Notes: a model not told the origin generated them from the sequence alone. Counted from the stretch's first letter, positions 41,674-50,501 are shown. The stretch: DNA of 64,000 nucleotides from an uncultured delta proteobacterium (GCA_963822965.1 CAWGJT010000005.1:1792001-1856000), one strand, 5' to 3'. Program-made: numbers and translations.

Positions 41674-42456
41674 ATGGGACGTCTGGAGGGAAGGGTCGCC
41701 GTCATCACCGGCGCCGCTTCGGGAATCGGAGCCGCCTGCGCGCTGCGCTTTGCACAGGAGGGCGCGCGCATCGCGGGCATCGACGTCGCCAAGCCCCTCG
41801 AGCGGGGAGACTGGAATGCGGCGGTCACCGCGGCGCCGGACGCCGCCTTCCACGAAGGCGACGTCCGCGACGAAGCGGCGATCGAACGCATCGTGGGCGA
41901 GATCGCGAGCCGCTTCGGCCAGATCGACTGCCTCGTCAACGCCGCCGGCGTTTCGACGGGCGGCGCCGTCGGCGAGCTCGAGCTCTCGGAGTGGGACCGG
42001 GTGATCGCCATCAACCTCACCGGCACGTTCCTCGTCTCGAAGCACGTGGTGCGCCGGATGCAGGAGCGCCGCTCCGGCAGCATCGTGAACCTCGCCAGCA
42101 TCGAGGGACTCGAAGCCATGGAGTCCCAGGCGGCCTACAACGCCTCGAAGGGCGGCGTCGTGCTGCTCACGCGCAACATGGCCGTCGACTACGGCCACCT
42201 CGGCATCCGCGTGAATTGCCTGTGCCCCGGACTCATCGAGACCCCGCTCACCGAGATCCTGAAGATTCCCGAGCTCGAGGCCGTGCGGCAGAAATTCATC
42301 GAAGGCCACCTGCTGCGGCGACCGGGACAGCCCTCGGAGGTGGCCTCCGCCGCCCTCTTCCTGGTGTCCGACGACGCGTCCTTCGTATCGGGCCACGCCC
42401 TCACGGTGGACGGTGGCTACACGGCCGGGAGACGGCTCACCCAGCCCGCCGCGTAG
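41674..42456 (+). CDS. SDR oxidoreductase
   Basis: TGAASGIG, NAAG and YNASK. Confidence 0.93.
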   Translation: MGRLEGRVAVITGAASGIGAACALRFAQEGARIAGIDVAKPLERGDWNAAVTAAPDAAFHEGDVRDEAAIERIVGEIASRFGQIDCLVNAAGVSTGGAVGELELSEWDRVIAINLTGTFLVSKHVVRRMQERRSGSIVNLASIEGLEAMESQAAYNASKGGVVLLTRNMAVDYGHLGIRVNCLCPGLIETPLTEILKIPELEAVRQKFIEGHLLRRPGQPSEVASAALFLVSDDASFVSGHALTVDGGYTAGRRLTQPAA

Positions 42457-42460
42457 CGCC

Positions 42461-43429
42461 TCATTCGGAAGAATCGCCCTCGTCCGACTCCGGCGCCTGG
42501 CCGGCCGCACCGTCCTCCTCCGCGGGGTCGGACGTCTTCATCTTGCGGCGGTCGCTCCGGGCGTCGCCCGCGGTGAGGTTCCACGTGGCGAAGATCTTCT
42601 CGGGAATCTCCGACACGAGCTCGTAGCTCTCCGTGATGACCTTCGTGACCGAGCGGTTTCGCGGCGTCTCGATGGTCACCAGGAAGGGGATCGAGCGTTC
42701 CCCGATCTGGCGGATCTCCTTCGGATCGATCGTCAGGCGCTTCAGGTGCCGGCCCGACACGTAGTAGTCGGTCCAGCGGATGACGCCGCGCTCCGGGTCG
42801 ATGCAGGAGATCTGCTCGTCGTAGCCGGACTCGAAGCCCGGGGCCGCGGTGATCCGGACCTTCACGCAGTCGTCGGCGGAGCCGGACGCGGAGTCGGCGT
42901 CGCTCGCGGGGGCGTCCGGGTCGACCCAGCGCACCACGAAGTCCTCGACGTGCTTCGGCTCGACGTCCTCATAGGAGAGATCGCTCCCGAAGAACGAATC
43001 GGCCTTCTGGGCGCTCGAGAGCCGCCGGGTCATCTGCAGCGCGGGCAGGTAGACGTACAGGTCGTCCGAGGCGCCGTCGTTCTCGAGGATGAGCACCGAG
43101 GTGCGACGGATGGGCTCGGGGTACAGGAAGCGCAGCAGCGCGCGCCCGGGCCGAACGCTCTGACGGCGGATGAGCTGCAGTCGGCGCTGCATCTCGCGAC
43201 CCCCGCGCGACTGGGTGGCGAGCACCAGGGTCTGGATGTAGTCCTCGGCGTAGAGGTTCTTGAACGCGCGATCGAGCAGCGCCGCTGCGCTGCCCGGCTC
43301 GGGGGGCTCGCTCGCGTGCCCGGGGCGGGCCATCCCGAGCAGCACGGCCGCGGCCAGGAGCGCGGTGGGGAGCAGGCAGGCCAGCTGGGTTCCGGTCCGG
43401 TGTGCCACTAGACTCGCGGGCAGCGCCAT
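42461..43429 (-). CDS. Outer-membrane lipoprotein-sorting (LolA-like) protein
   Basis: Signal peptide; DDLYVYLPAL..RR and SFFGSDLSYED. Confidence 0.8.
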   Translation of the reverse strand: MALPASLVAHRTGTQLACLLPTALLAAAVLLGMARPGHASEPPEPGSAAALLDRAFKNLYAEDYIQTLVLATQSRGGREMQRRLQLIRRQSVRPGRALLRFLYPEPIRRTSVLILENDGASDDLYVYLPALQMTRRLSSAQKADSFFGSDLSYEDVEPKHVEDFVVRWVDPDAPASDADSASGSADDCVKVRITAAPGFESGYDEQISCIDPERGVIRWTDYYVSGRHLKRLTIDPKEIRQIGERSIPFLVTIETPRNRSVTKVITESYELVSEIPEKIFATWNLTAGDARSDRRKMKTSDPAEEDGAAGQAPESDEGDSSE

Positions 43430-43534
43430 CACTGGAGTCTAGACTAGCCGAAGGAGCCCGTTGGGCTCCCTTCCCGGCGGAACCGCGACCCAGGACTTCG
43501 TCTCTGGCGGTCCTGGCAGGGAGATCCGATTCGC

Positions 43535-44881
43535 ATGCGACGCCTCCTGTCGAGCTTCGCCGTCGCGACGAGCGTTCTCGCAGTCTTCGTGCTGGAAGTG
43601 GCGGCGCCCCCCGCGCAGGGCGCGGTGACGCTCACCGCGGACGAAGAGCTGGTGATCCCCGCCCACGAGGTGATCGACGACGACCTGATCGTCTGGGCGG
43701 ACTACGTGCGCGTCGAAGGCGTGGTGAAGGGAGATCTCGTCGCCATCGGCTCCGAGGTGGTGGTCGAGGGCATCGTCGAGGGCGACCTCGTCGCCGCCGG
43801 CAAGACCGTCTACCTGAACGGCTCGGTGAACGACGACGCGCGCGTGCTCGCGTACGCGGTGGCACTCGGCGAGAAGGCCCGGGTCGGCGACGACCTGTTC
43901 GACCTCTCCTACAGCCTGGAGGCCCGGCCGGAGAGCAGCGTCGGCGGCACCCTCTACGCGGCGAGCCGCCAGCTGCTGCTGGCGGGACAGGTGGTGGAGG
44001 ACGTGCTCGCCCGGGCGGGCGCCCTCGAGCTGCGGGGGCTCGTGGGGGGCGACGTGCGCGCCGTCGTGGGCGGGCTGGAGGGTGTGACCCACTCGTCGCT
44101 GGTGATCGACCTGGCCCTCGAGATCCCGGACGTGCCGGAGGGCGTCACCCTGACCGATACGGCGGCCGTCGGCGGCGACCTCGACTACCGCTCCGAGACC
44201 CTCGCGAACGTCGCCCCCGGCGCGCGCGTCGCGGGGGAGACGCGTCACGAAGCCTGGCGGGCCGGAGGGGTACCGTCGCTCCAGGAGCCCGAGGACGAAG
44301 GGGCTCCCGCCCTGGGCGAGCGCGGCCACGACGCGACCCAGCGACTGGCGGCGCTGCTCGTCGTGGGCCTGGTGCTGGCGGTGGCGGTGCCGGGCTGGCT
44401 CCGGGCGCGCGGCGATCGGGTGCGGCACGAGCCGGTCGCGCTGCTGGGATGGGGAATCGCGGCGGTCGTGCTGACCGCGGTCGCCGGCGGTCTGCTCGCG
44501 ATCGCGTTCGGGATCCTGCTCGCCATCTCCCTCGCCACGGGCTTCGGCGGGCTGGCCCTCACCGCCATCATCGCGGGCAGCCTCATGGGCATGAGCGGAG
44601 CCGCCCTCTTCTACCTGGCCTTCGCCCATCTGGCGCCCGTGCTCGCGAGCGCCGGTCTGGGGCGCGCCATCGTCCGGCGCTTCCGACCGGTGGAGATCGA
44701 GGCCCCCGAGGCCGCACGGCCGGGTGCGGCCCTGCTCACGATCACCCTCGGCGCCGTCACGTACACCGTGCTGCGTGCAATTCCCGGGCTGGGCTTCGCG
44801 TTCGGCGTCGCCGCCGCGCTCGTCGGGCTGGGCGCCCTGGCAGTGTGGCTGCGCGATCGCTTCGCGGCGGACGCCGTCTAG
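43535..44881 (+). CDS. Membrane protein with bactofilin-like beta-helix repeats and C-terminal TM bundle
   Basis: V-x-V-E-G-x-V-x-G-D repeats followed by hydrophobic helices. Confidence 0.78.
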   Translation: MRRLLSSFAVATSVLAVFVLEVAAPPAQGAVTLTADEELVIPAHEVIDDDLIVWADYVRVEGVVKGDLVAIGSEVVVEGIVEGDLVAAGKTVYLNGSVNDDARVLAYAVALGEKARVGDDLFDLSYSLEARPESSVGGTLYAASRQLLLAGQVVEDVLARAGALELRGLVGGDVRAVVGGLEGVTHSSLVIDLALEIPDVPEGVTLTDTAAVGGDLDYRSETLANVAPGARVAGETRHEAWRAGGVPSLQEPEDEGAPALGERGHDATQRLAALLVVGLVLAVAVPGWLRARGDRVRHEPVALLGWGIAAVVLTAVAGGLLAIAFGILLAISLATGFGGLALTAIIAGSLMGMSGAALFYLAFAHLAPVLASAGLGRAIVRRFRPVEIEAPEAARPGAALLTITLGAVTYTVLRAIPGLGFAFGVAAALVGLGALAVWLRDRFAADAV

Positions 44882-45028
44882 AACGGGAGGAGAGAGGGGA
44901 TACCCGGCGTACTCTCTCTGCGCCGGCCGCTGCATGACGGCCATGGCGCTCAGCAGCGAGCGCCGGGTCCGCAGGTGAGACTGGCACCATGAGCCGGCGC
45001 AGCTGAGGCCTCTCGCTGCCCGCAGGCG

Positions 45029-46489
45029 CTAGCGCCTCAGCGGGACTCCTGAATGGCAGGCCTCATTCGCGAGCCAGTCCATCGCCAACCGGAGAGGGGC
45101 TTCGGCGCGATGCCCCAGACGGAAATCGACGATCGCGTCAACGAGCATCCAGAGCGCGCCATACAATGGAATGCGCCATGCGAGCTCTTCCATCGCCGTC
45201 TGATCGGCACCGTACCCATCGAGCAGCAGTGAGAGCGAGCCGGACTCCGCGCGATGGGCGAAGCGCGCGATGTCCCAGAGAGGGTCTCCGACCACCGCGT
45301 CGCCCCAATCGATCAGAGCTGCGAGGCCGCTCGTATCGGTCCGGATGTGCGCTGCCTTCAGATCACCGTGGCAGAGCGACCCGACCTCGACCGCAGCCAG
45401 TGCATCGGCATGGCGATCGATCGCAGCTGCAGCGGCCGCTGCCACGGAAGCGGCCAGCGCGTAGTCGGCGGCCAGGTTGCGAGCGTCGGTCAAGATGCCG
45501 TTCAGAAAACCCAGCCAGGAGCCGTGGGGGAGTGAGAAGCTCCCTCGCTCGTCCCACGAGGCCTCTGCCAGCCAGCCAAACCCCGGCAGCCGCACCTCGT
45601 GCAAGCGACGCAGACACGCTCCGGTCTCCGCAAACGCGGGATGCCCGACGGGAATCGGCCAGCCGACGACGCGGCTCATGATGAAGGCGCTCATGTTGTT
45701 GTCACCAGCGAGCCGTCCACGCACGAGGATCGCTGGAGCGGCACAGCCGGCATCAATCCCCCGATTACACGCCCACACCTCTGCTCGTAGCGCCTCGTGC
45801 ATCGTGGACGCCTTCACGACGAATTGGCGTCCACCTGCGTCGACCTCATATACGAAGTTGGTCGCAAACGCGGCTACGCGCTCGACACGTGTCGCTTCAC
45901 GGCCGAGTTCACTGGCGACGAAGGCCGCGATGGCCCGCTCGAGGTCTCCGAGGACCGTACCCTCCGGCATCACACCTCGCGGTTCTTCAGGCGCCGCCTG
46001 GTCGACATTTTCCAAGATCGTGTCGACTACACGTGATAGGGGTGCCGTGGCGTCGATTACGATTGCGTTCTTTGGAATGTCTTCCTTCGTCGCGTGTTGT
46101 AATCGCGCATTGGATTCCCCTTCGCTTGCTGGTCCGCCCCACTCGTCTTCGGGTCGGAGGGCAAGACGCCGGTTCAGGGTCTCCAGATCGACCTCGAGAA
46201 CGAAGACTCCATCGAACAGATCGATGAAACGGTCGAAATTCCTGGAGCCGCCGCAGAAGAACGATGCCGCATGACCCTGGTCGGCCACCAGAGCTCTGAC
46301 CTTGTCCACGTCCCAGATCCAGTGCTCGTAGGCTGAGCTGTCCAGGGGCTCACCGGTCTTGGGATCGCCCCAATAGGCCAGGTCCCTGTCGCCATGGATG
46401 GAGTGGTAGCCGCGCCGTTGCAGCTCGTCGCAGACCGAGGTCTTACCGGTGCAGGAAACGCCTTCGATCAAGTAGTTCTTGACACCCAT
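45029..46489 (-). CDS. Fusion of a P-loop (AAA_18-like) kinase and an APH-family phosphotransferase
   Basis: N-terminal GVSCTGKT and FFCGGSRN; C-terminal CHGDLK..H, IDWGD and GDPLWDIA. Confidence 0.8.
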   Translation of the reverse strand: MGVKNYLIEGVSCTGKTSVCDELQRRGYHSIHGDRDLAYWGDPKTGEPLDSSAYEHWIWDVDKVRALVADQGHAASFFCGGSRNFDRFIDLFDGVFVLEVDLETLNRRLALRPEDEWGGPASEGESNARLQHATKEDIPKNAIVIDATAPLSRVVDTILENVDQAAPEEPRGVMPEGTVLGDLERAIAAFVASELGREATRVERVAAFATNFVYEVDAGGRQFVVKASTMHEALRAEVWACNRGIDAGCAAPAILVRGRLAGDNNMSAFIMSRVVGWPIPVGHPAFAETGACLRRLHEVRLPGFGWLAEASWDERGSFSLPHGSWLGFLNGILTDARNLAADYALAASVAAAAAAAIDRHADALAAVEVGSLCHGDLKAAHIRTDTSGLAALIDWGDAVVGDPLWDIARFAHRAESGSLSLLLDGYGADQTAMEELAWRIPLYGALWMLVDAIVDFRLGHRAEAPLRLAMDWLANEACHSGVPLRR

Positions 46490-46729
46490 GTTCCGCTTCC
46501 AACACGAGACCACACGTCTGTGTAGCTCTTCCCGCGTTTCGAATGGCTCCGCACCCGCCGCCTGGGCTTCCGGTTCCGCTTCGGATCGAAAGCCGACATT
46601 GCCGAGCTGCCCCGGAACGTTCGGATGATTGCCAGTCTACCATGCCTCGTAACCCCCGAGGGTTGGGCAGTCCGACTGCAACACCATGTCATGCCGCCTG
46701 TTCGCGACGAGCACCCAGCGGCCTCGGAA

Positions 46730-47062
46730 TCATCGCCTGAGTCTCGCGAGAGACTCGACGGTTTCGCGAGTCTCCGCGGAAAGCCGCTCCATTTCGCTTG
46801 GTTCGAGTAGGCCGAGGCTATCGATGACGGCGAGTTGCGCCAGCATCGCGGATCGCTTGGGGCCGTCGAAGCCTCGCGCTATGTCTTGATTGCGATCGCG
46901 AATGAGGCCGAAGAGTTCCCCGAAGCGCTCGTGGTGTGTGCGGCGGGGATTCGAGATGACGGCCGAGACTTCATCGAGAATTCGCTCGCACAACCGCTCG
47001 AGCGCAACTTGGCGAAGCTCGCGGAAAACCTTCCAGTCTGACTCCGGGAAGCCATGCGACAT
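46730..47062 (-). CDS. Hypothetical cassette protein (110 aa)
   Basis: Clean ORF (ESDWKVFRELRQVALERLC) starting just after the attC4 R' region. Confidence 0.8.
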   Translation of the reverse strand: MSHGFPESDWKVFRELRQVALERLCERILDEVSAVISNPRRTHHERFGELFGLIRDRNQDIARGFDGPKRSAMLAQLAVIDSLGLLEPSEMERLSAETRETVESLARLRR

Positions 47063-47074
47063 TGGCTGCTCGCC

Positions 47075-47198
47075 CTATAGCGGATTGGCGTTCAGCGGCC
47101 GGCGGCGCCCTGCCCCGGGGCCGCTTTACACCTGGATTGACGAGATCCTATCACGATCGCAACGCCCGAAGCGTGAGTCGGGCCGCTGCAACGGCTTG
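47075..47198 (-). other. attC4, main part (interrupted by the IS; R'' at 48839-48845; R' degenerate)
   Basis: Removing the IS restores minus-strand GCCGTCTAAC-AAGCCGTTGCAGCGGCC...GGCCGCTGAACGCCAATCC-GCTATAG. Confidence 0.82.
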
Positions 47199-47285
47199 AT
47201 CCTCATTCAGGCCCCCTCCTGTGCCTACTTTACTCGGAGTAGGCTGGTTGGAACGCATAACCACCAACCGTTTCAGGAGAGAGCC

Positions 47286-48332
47286 ATGAGATTCTACACC
47301 GAGACGCATCAGCACTACTGCGGGATCGACCTGCATGCGAAGACCATGTACCTCTGCATCCTCGATGGGCAAGGCGAGGTCCTGCTCCACGAGAACCGGA
47401 AGAGCCGGCCCGAGGCGTTCCTCGAGGCCGTCGCCCCCTACCGGGAGAGCCTCGTCGTCGCCGTCGAGTGCATGTTCACCTGGTACTGGCTCGCCGATCT
47501 CTGCCGCCGGGAGGGCATCGAATTCGTGCTCGGACACGCCCTCTACATGAAGGCGATCCACGGGGCGAAGGCCAAGAATGATAAGGTCGATGCCTTCAAG
47601 ATTGCGGCGCTGCTGCGCGGCGGGAACCTGCCGCAGGCCTACGTCTACCCGCCCGAGATGCGCGCCACGCGGGACCTGCTCCGCCGGCGCCTGCACCTTG
47701 TCCGAAGACGAGCGAACCTGCTGGCGCACATCCAGAACACCCATCACCAGTACAACCTGCCCGAACCGTCCGCGAAGGTCGCCTACAAGGCGAACCGGGA
47801 AGGAGTCGCCGAGGCCTTCGAGGAGGCCGATGCACGCAAGAGCCTGGAGGTCGACTTCGCACTCATCGAACACTACGACGAGGTGATCCGCGAGCTCGAG
47901 CTCCACCTCGTGCGCCGCGCCAAGCAGCACGACGCCCAGGCCTTCCAGCGACTGCGTTCGGTGCCCGGGATCGGCAAGATCCTGGCGCTCACGATCCTCT
48001 ACGAGATCCATGACATCGCACGCTTCGAGCGGGTGCAGAACTTCCTCTCCTACGCCCGGCTCGTGAAGTGCGAGCACAGTTCCGCGGGCAAGAGACTCGG
48101 CACGGGCGGCGCAAAGATCGGCAACGTGCATCTGAAGTGGGCCTTCTCCGAGGCGGCCGTCTTCTTCCTGCGCAACAACCCGGCGGGCCAGGCCCATCTG
48201 CGCAGGCTCGCTGGCCGACACGGCAAGGCCAAGGCGCTCTCCATCCTCGCCGCGAAGCTCGGACGAGCGGTCTACTTCATGCTCGCGAAGGAGCGCGCTT
48301 TCGAGATGGAGCGCTTCCTCGCGAGGAGCTGA
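47286..48332 (+). CDS. IS110-family DEDD transposase/recombinase (348 aa)
   Basis: GIDLH, VE, KNDKVDA, SVPGIG, HSSAGK and GNVHLKWAF; RBS AGGAG. Confidence 0.95.
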   Translation: MRFYTETHQHYCGIDLHAKTMYLCILDGQGEVLLHENRKSRPEAFLEAVAPYRESLVVAVECMFTWYWLADLCRREGIEFVLGHALYMKAIHGAKAKNDKVDAFKIAALLRGGNLPQAYVYPPEMRATRDLLRRRLHLVRRRANLLAHIQNTHHQYNLPEPSAKVAYKANREGVAEAFEEADARKSLEVDFALIEHYDEVIRELELHLVRRAKQHDAQAFQRLRSVPGIGKILALTILYEIHDIARFERVQNFLSYARLVKCEHSSAGKRLGTGGAKIGNVHLKWAFSEAAVFFLRNNPAGQAHLRRLAGRHGKAKALSILAAKLGRAVYFMLAKERAFEMERFLARS

Positions 48333-48342
48333 AACGAAAGAA

Positions 48343-48700
48343 GGAGCGGAGGCGGGTGATCCCGCCGCCTAACTGGAGCCAGTTCCCGAACGGGAACCAG
48401 GGTCGAGCCCGAGCAAGAGGTCTGAAAAGATCCGGAGATCTGTGATCGCCGCATTGCGGCGAAACACCTGAGGACCTCATCGGCACCAAACCCGGCATCC
48501 GACCGGCTTGATTGGAGACCCGCCTCCCCTCCGAACATTCGCGGGGCGCCGAAGGGCGTTCCTCCAACGCGTTCTGCCCCTCTCTCGAGCCCGGAGCCAA
48601 CTGGACCGACGAGCCCGACAGACTTTGATTGGACGAGCGAGGGAACCGATGTGTTTCTGGGACACGGCGCCGATCGAGATCCCCGATAGGTGTTTGGTGC
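48343..48700 (+). ncRNA. Putative bridge/seek RNA with three guide loops
   Basis: Three CCG-N8/9-TGG ... TG-WTTGG modules; guides match the target flanks and the IS end; closing stems 48343-57/48518-32 and 48578-87/48634-43. Confidence 0.75.
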
Positions 48701-48814
48701 AGGCGCAACGCCTGGAACCCGTCGACGGAAACGAAAGTCGGAACGAAGGAGGAACGACGCACCCAAGAACCAACGCCGCTTCAACCAGCAGGCGTCACGG
48801 GACCACTTTGTCCC

Positions 48815-48820
48815 TTGACG
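48815..48820 (+). promoter_or_regulatory. Outward-facing -35 box of a putative circle-junction promoter
   Basis: TTGACG near the right end; circularisation would place a weak -10 (TGATCCT) 17-18 bp downstream. Confidence 0.55.
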
Positions 48821-48839
48821 ACCGGGGGCCTGATAGGTG

Positions 48840-49316
48840 TTAGACGGCGCGCTTGCTGGACCCTTCCGGCTTACCGGCCGAGCGCGCGGCGGTCCACACC
48901 CCGACGACTCCACGGGCTCCGAAGAAGAGGCAAATTCCCAGAGCCGCTTCGGTGAGGGCAGACCAATCGACACCACCAGCCCCGAGGGCTCTAGACACCC
49001 CTCGGATGGCGAAAAAGCAGCCGAGGACAGAGAGCGCCACCGCGTGAGAGCCGCCCACGTTGAGCTCGCTTGTACCGGGGAACAGTCGAGCCGCCAAGCG
49101 GTCACGCCAAGCCACGAGGATCAACCCGAGCCCGATTGCGACCAACGAGCCGATCAGGACGACAATCGATAGAAGCGGCTGCGACGCGGGGGAACTCACA
49201 GCGGGCGGCGACTGGAACAGCACGGCCAGGCAAAAGAAGAGGTCGGGGATTCGAGACGCGGCGATGAACACGCCAAGCGCAACAAACGCGACGCTCGCTA
49301 GTTCACGCTGACTCAC
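48840..49316 (-). CDS. Hypothetical membrane cassette protein (about 4 TM)
   Basis: GGGAGG RBS and GTG start; TAA stop lies inside R'' GTCTAAC. Confidence 0.78.
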   Translation of the reverse strand: MSQRELASVAFVALGVFIAASRIPDLFFCLAVLFQSPPAVSSPASQPLLSIVVLIGSLVAIGLGLILVAWRDRLAARLFPGTSELNVGGSHAVALSVLGCFFAIRGVSRALGAGGVDWSALTEAALGICLFFGARGVVGVWTAARSAGKPEGSSKRAV

Positions 49317-49336
49317 GACCGCCTCCCAACCGCGCT

Positions 49337-49475
49337 GTCTAACGAACGGATCGGGCTTCAGCTGCACCAGCCAGCGCTGACCGGCCTCGCCGAAGCCATG
49401 GAGGTTCGATGCCAACAGGCTACCAGAGCCCGGAACGCCCGGCTGGCTGGTGGCAGCTGCAAGCCCTTGTTGGGC
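49337..49475 (-). other. attC3
   Basis: Minus strand GCCCAAC-AAGGGCTTGCAGCTGCCACCAGCCAGC...GCTGGCTGGTGCAGCTGAAGCCCGATCC-GTTC-GTTAGAC. Confidence 0.88.
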
Positions 49476-49491
49476 GGCGGGCGCGTTGGCC

Positions 49492-49953
49492 CTAGGGTTG
49501 GAACCGACAGCCTGCGACACCGAAGTACTCGGCTGCCGCGTCCGGAATGAACTGCTGGAGTGCGCTCGGGCCCATTGTGGCGTAAACGGCGCGTGGAGCA
49601 GCACCCGGCTTCAGTAGGTATGCGCCAAAGCTTCGTTCGCGTTCTCGGGGCAGCTCGATTGAAGTGACATCGCCGTCGATCTGGAACGTGAGCTGACGTG
49701 CTAGCTCGAGACGAATCTCTGGCGAGATTGGTTCGAGACATTTGGCGACGTCTGAGAGCGCGAACTGCAAGTGAGCGAGCGCCTCCGACGCTCCCGAAGT
49801 AGGGTCGTCGAACTCCGCTTGGTCAAGTGGTGGGAAGAAGCCAACTACCGTCGGACCACTGACGACTATCGGCTCGGCGATCGATGCCGGCTGGGAGGCG
49901 CAAGCCGGCAAGACGAGTGGGATCACCGCAAGCAGGGCAGGCCATCGCGCCAA
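49492..49953 (-). CDS. Hypothetical cassette lipoprotein
   Basis: TTG start just after the attC2 R'; lipobox-like LPAC; ends before attC3. Confidence 0.72.
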   Translation of the reverse strand: MARWPALLAVIPLVLPACASQPASIAEPIVVSGPTVVGFFPPLDQAEFDDPTSGASEALAHLQFALSDVAKCLEPISPEIRLELARQLTFQIDGDVTSIELPRERERSFGAYLLKPGAAPRAVYATMGPSALQQFIPDAAAEYFGVAGCRFQP

Positions 49954-49967
49954 CTGAGACCCCCGCC

Positions 49968-50103
49968 GCCCAACGGACCGGCGCTCAGCTGCGAGCCACA
50001 GCGCCTCCGCGGCTCGGTTGAAGCACCCAAGGTTCAATGCCAAACAGTATCACGGCCCGATTGGAACGCGCTGTGGCTCGTCAGCTGCAGCGCCTTGTTG
50101 GGC
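49968..50103 (-). other. attC2 (136 bp)
   Basis: Minus strand GCCCAAC-AAGGCGCTGCAGCTGACGAGCCACAGCG...CGCTGTGGCTCGCAGCTGAGCGCCGGTCC-GTTGGGC, an imperfect palindrome with extrahelical bases. Confidence 0.92.
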
Positions 50104-50493
50104 GGCGGCCTCCCCGGCGCTGACGAGTTTGATCGCGATTCCTCCAGCGCTGGGGATCTGGAGGCGAAGGTCCTCGACAGAGGCGCAACGAATCACCAGG
50201 GTGTTGGAGGACGACCAATCGAGTGCCGATGGCTCGGAGCAATAGCCGCGAAAGACTGGCGTCGAGTGAGGTATGAAGCCATATCGGGTGGTTTCGAGTC
50301 GAATCTCGCTTCCGTAGGGTGGATCGTCACCTTCGCCGATGAGGTAGTGGGCCGCGGTCACAGATCCATCTGGGGACTTCGCAGTTCGATAGCGCGTCGG
50401 CCGATCAGCGATGTAGGCGACCAGCAGTAGGAGCACCGCGGCGAGCGCGAGTAGGGCTGCTCCAGCTGAGATCACGACTTTGACGAGGCGCAT
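50050..50493 (-). CDS. Hypothetical exported cassette protein
   Basis: ATG just after the attC1 R'; N-terminal hydrophobic helix; SPDG; reads into attC2. Confidence 0.75.
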   Translation of the reverse strand: MRLVKVVISAGAALLALAAVLLLLVAYIADRPTRYRTAKSPDGSVTAAHYLIGEGDDPPYGSEIRLETTRYGFIPHSTPVFRGYCSEPSALDWSSSNTLVIRCASVEDLRLQIPSAGGIAIKLVSAGEAAAQQGAAADEPQRVPIGP

Positions 50494-50501
50494 CTGCCGC
50501 C

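Larger units (their letters stand above)
47199..48839 (+). mobile_element. IS110-family, IS1111-type insertion sequence inserted in attC
   Basis: TG core at both junctions (47197-98 and 48838-39); subterminal IRs TCAGGCCCCC (47207-16) and GGGGGCCTGA (48824-33); long 3' non-coding region. Confidence 0.9.

Noticed and set aside
48468..48480. TGAGGAC as the left-end donor guide
   Set aside because: It is part of a small local hairpin (TGAGGACCTCA) inside loop 1 and lacks the CCG/TGG module context.
48272..48843. Protein-coding ORFs in the IS right end
   Set aside because: The translations are uninformative and the region is better explained as structured RNA.
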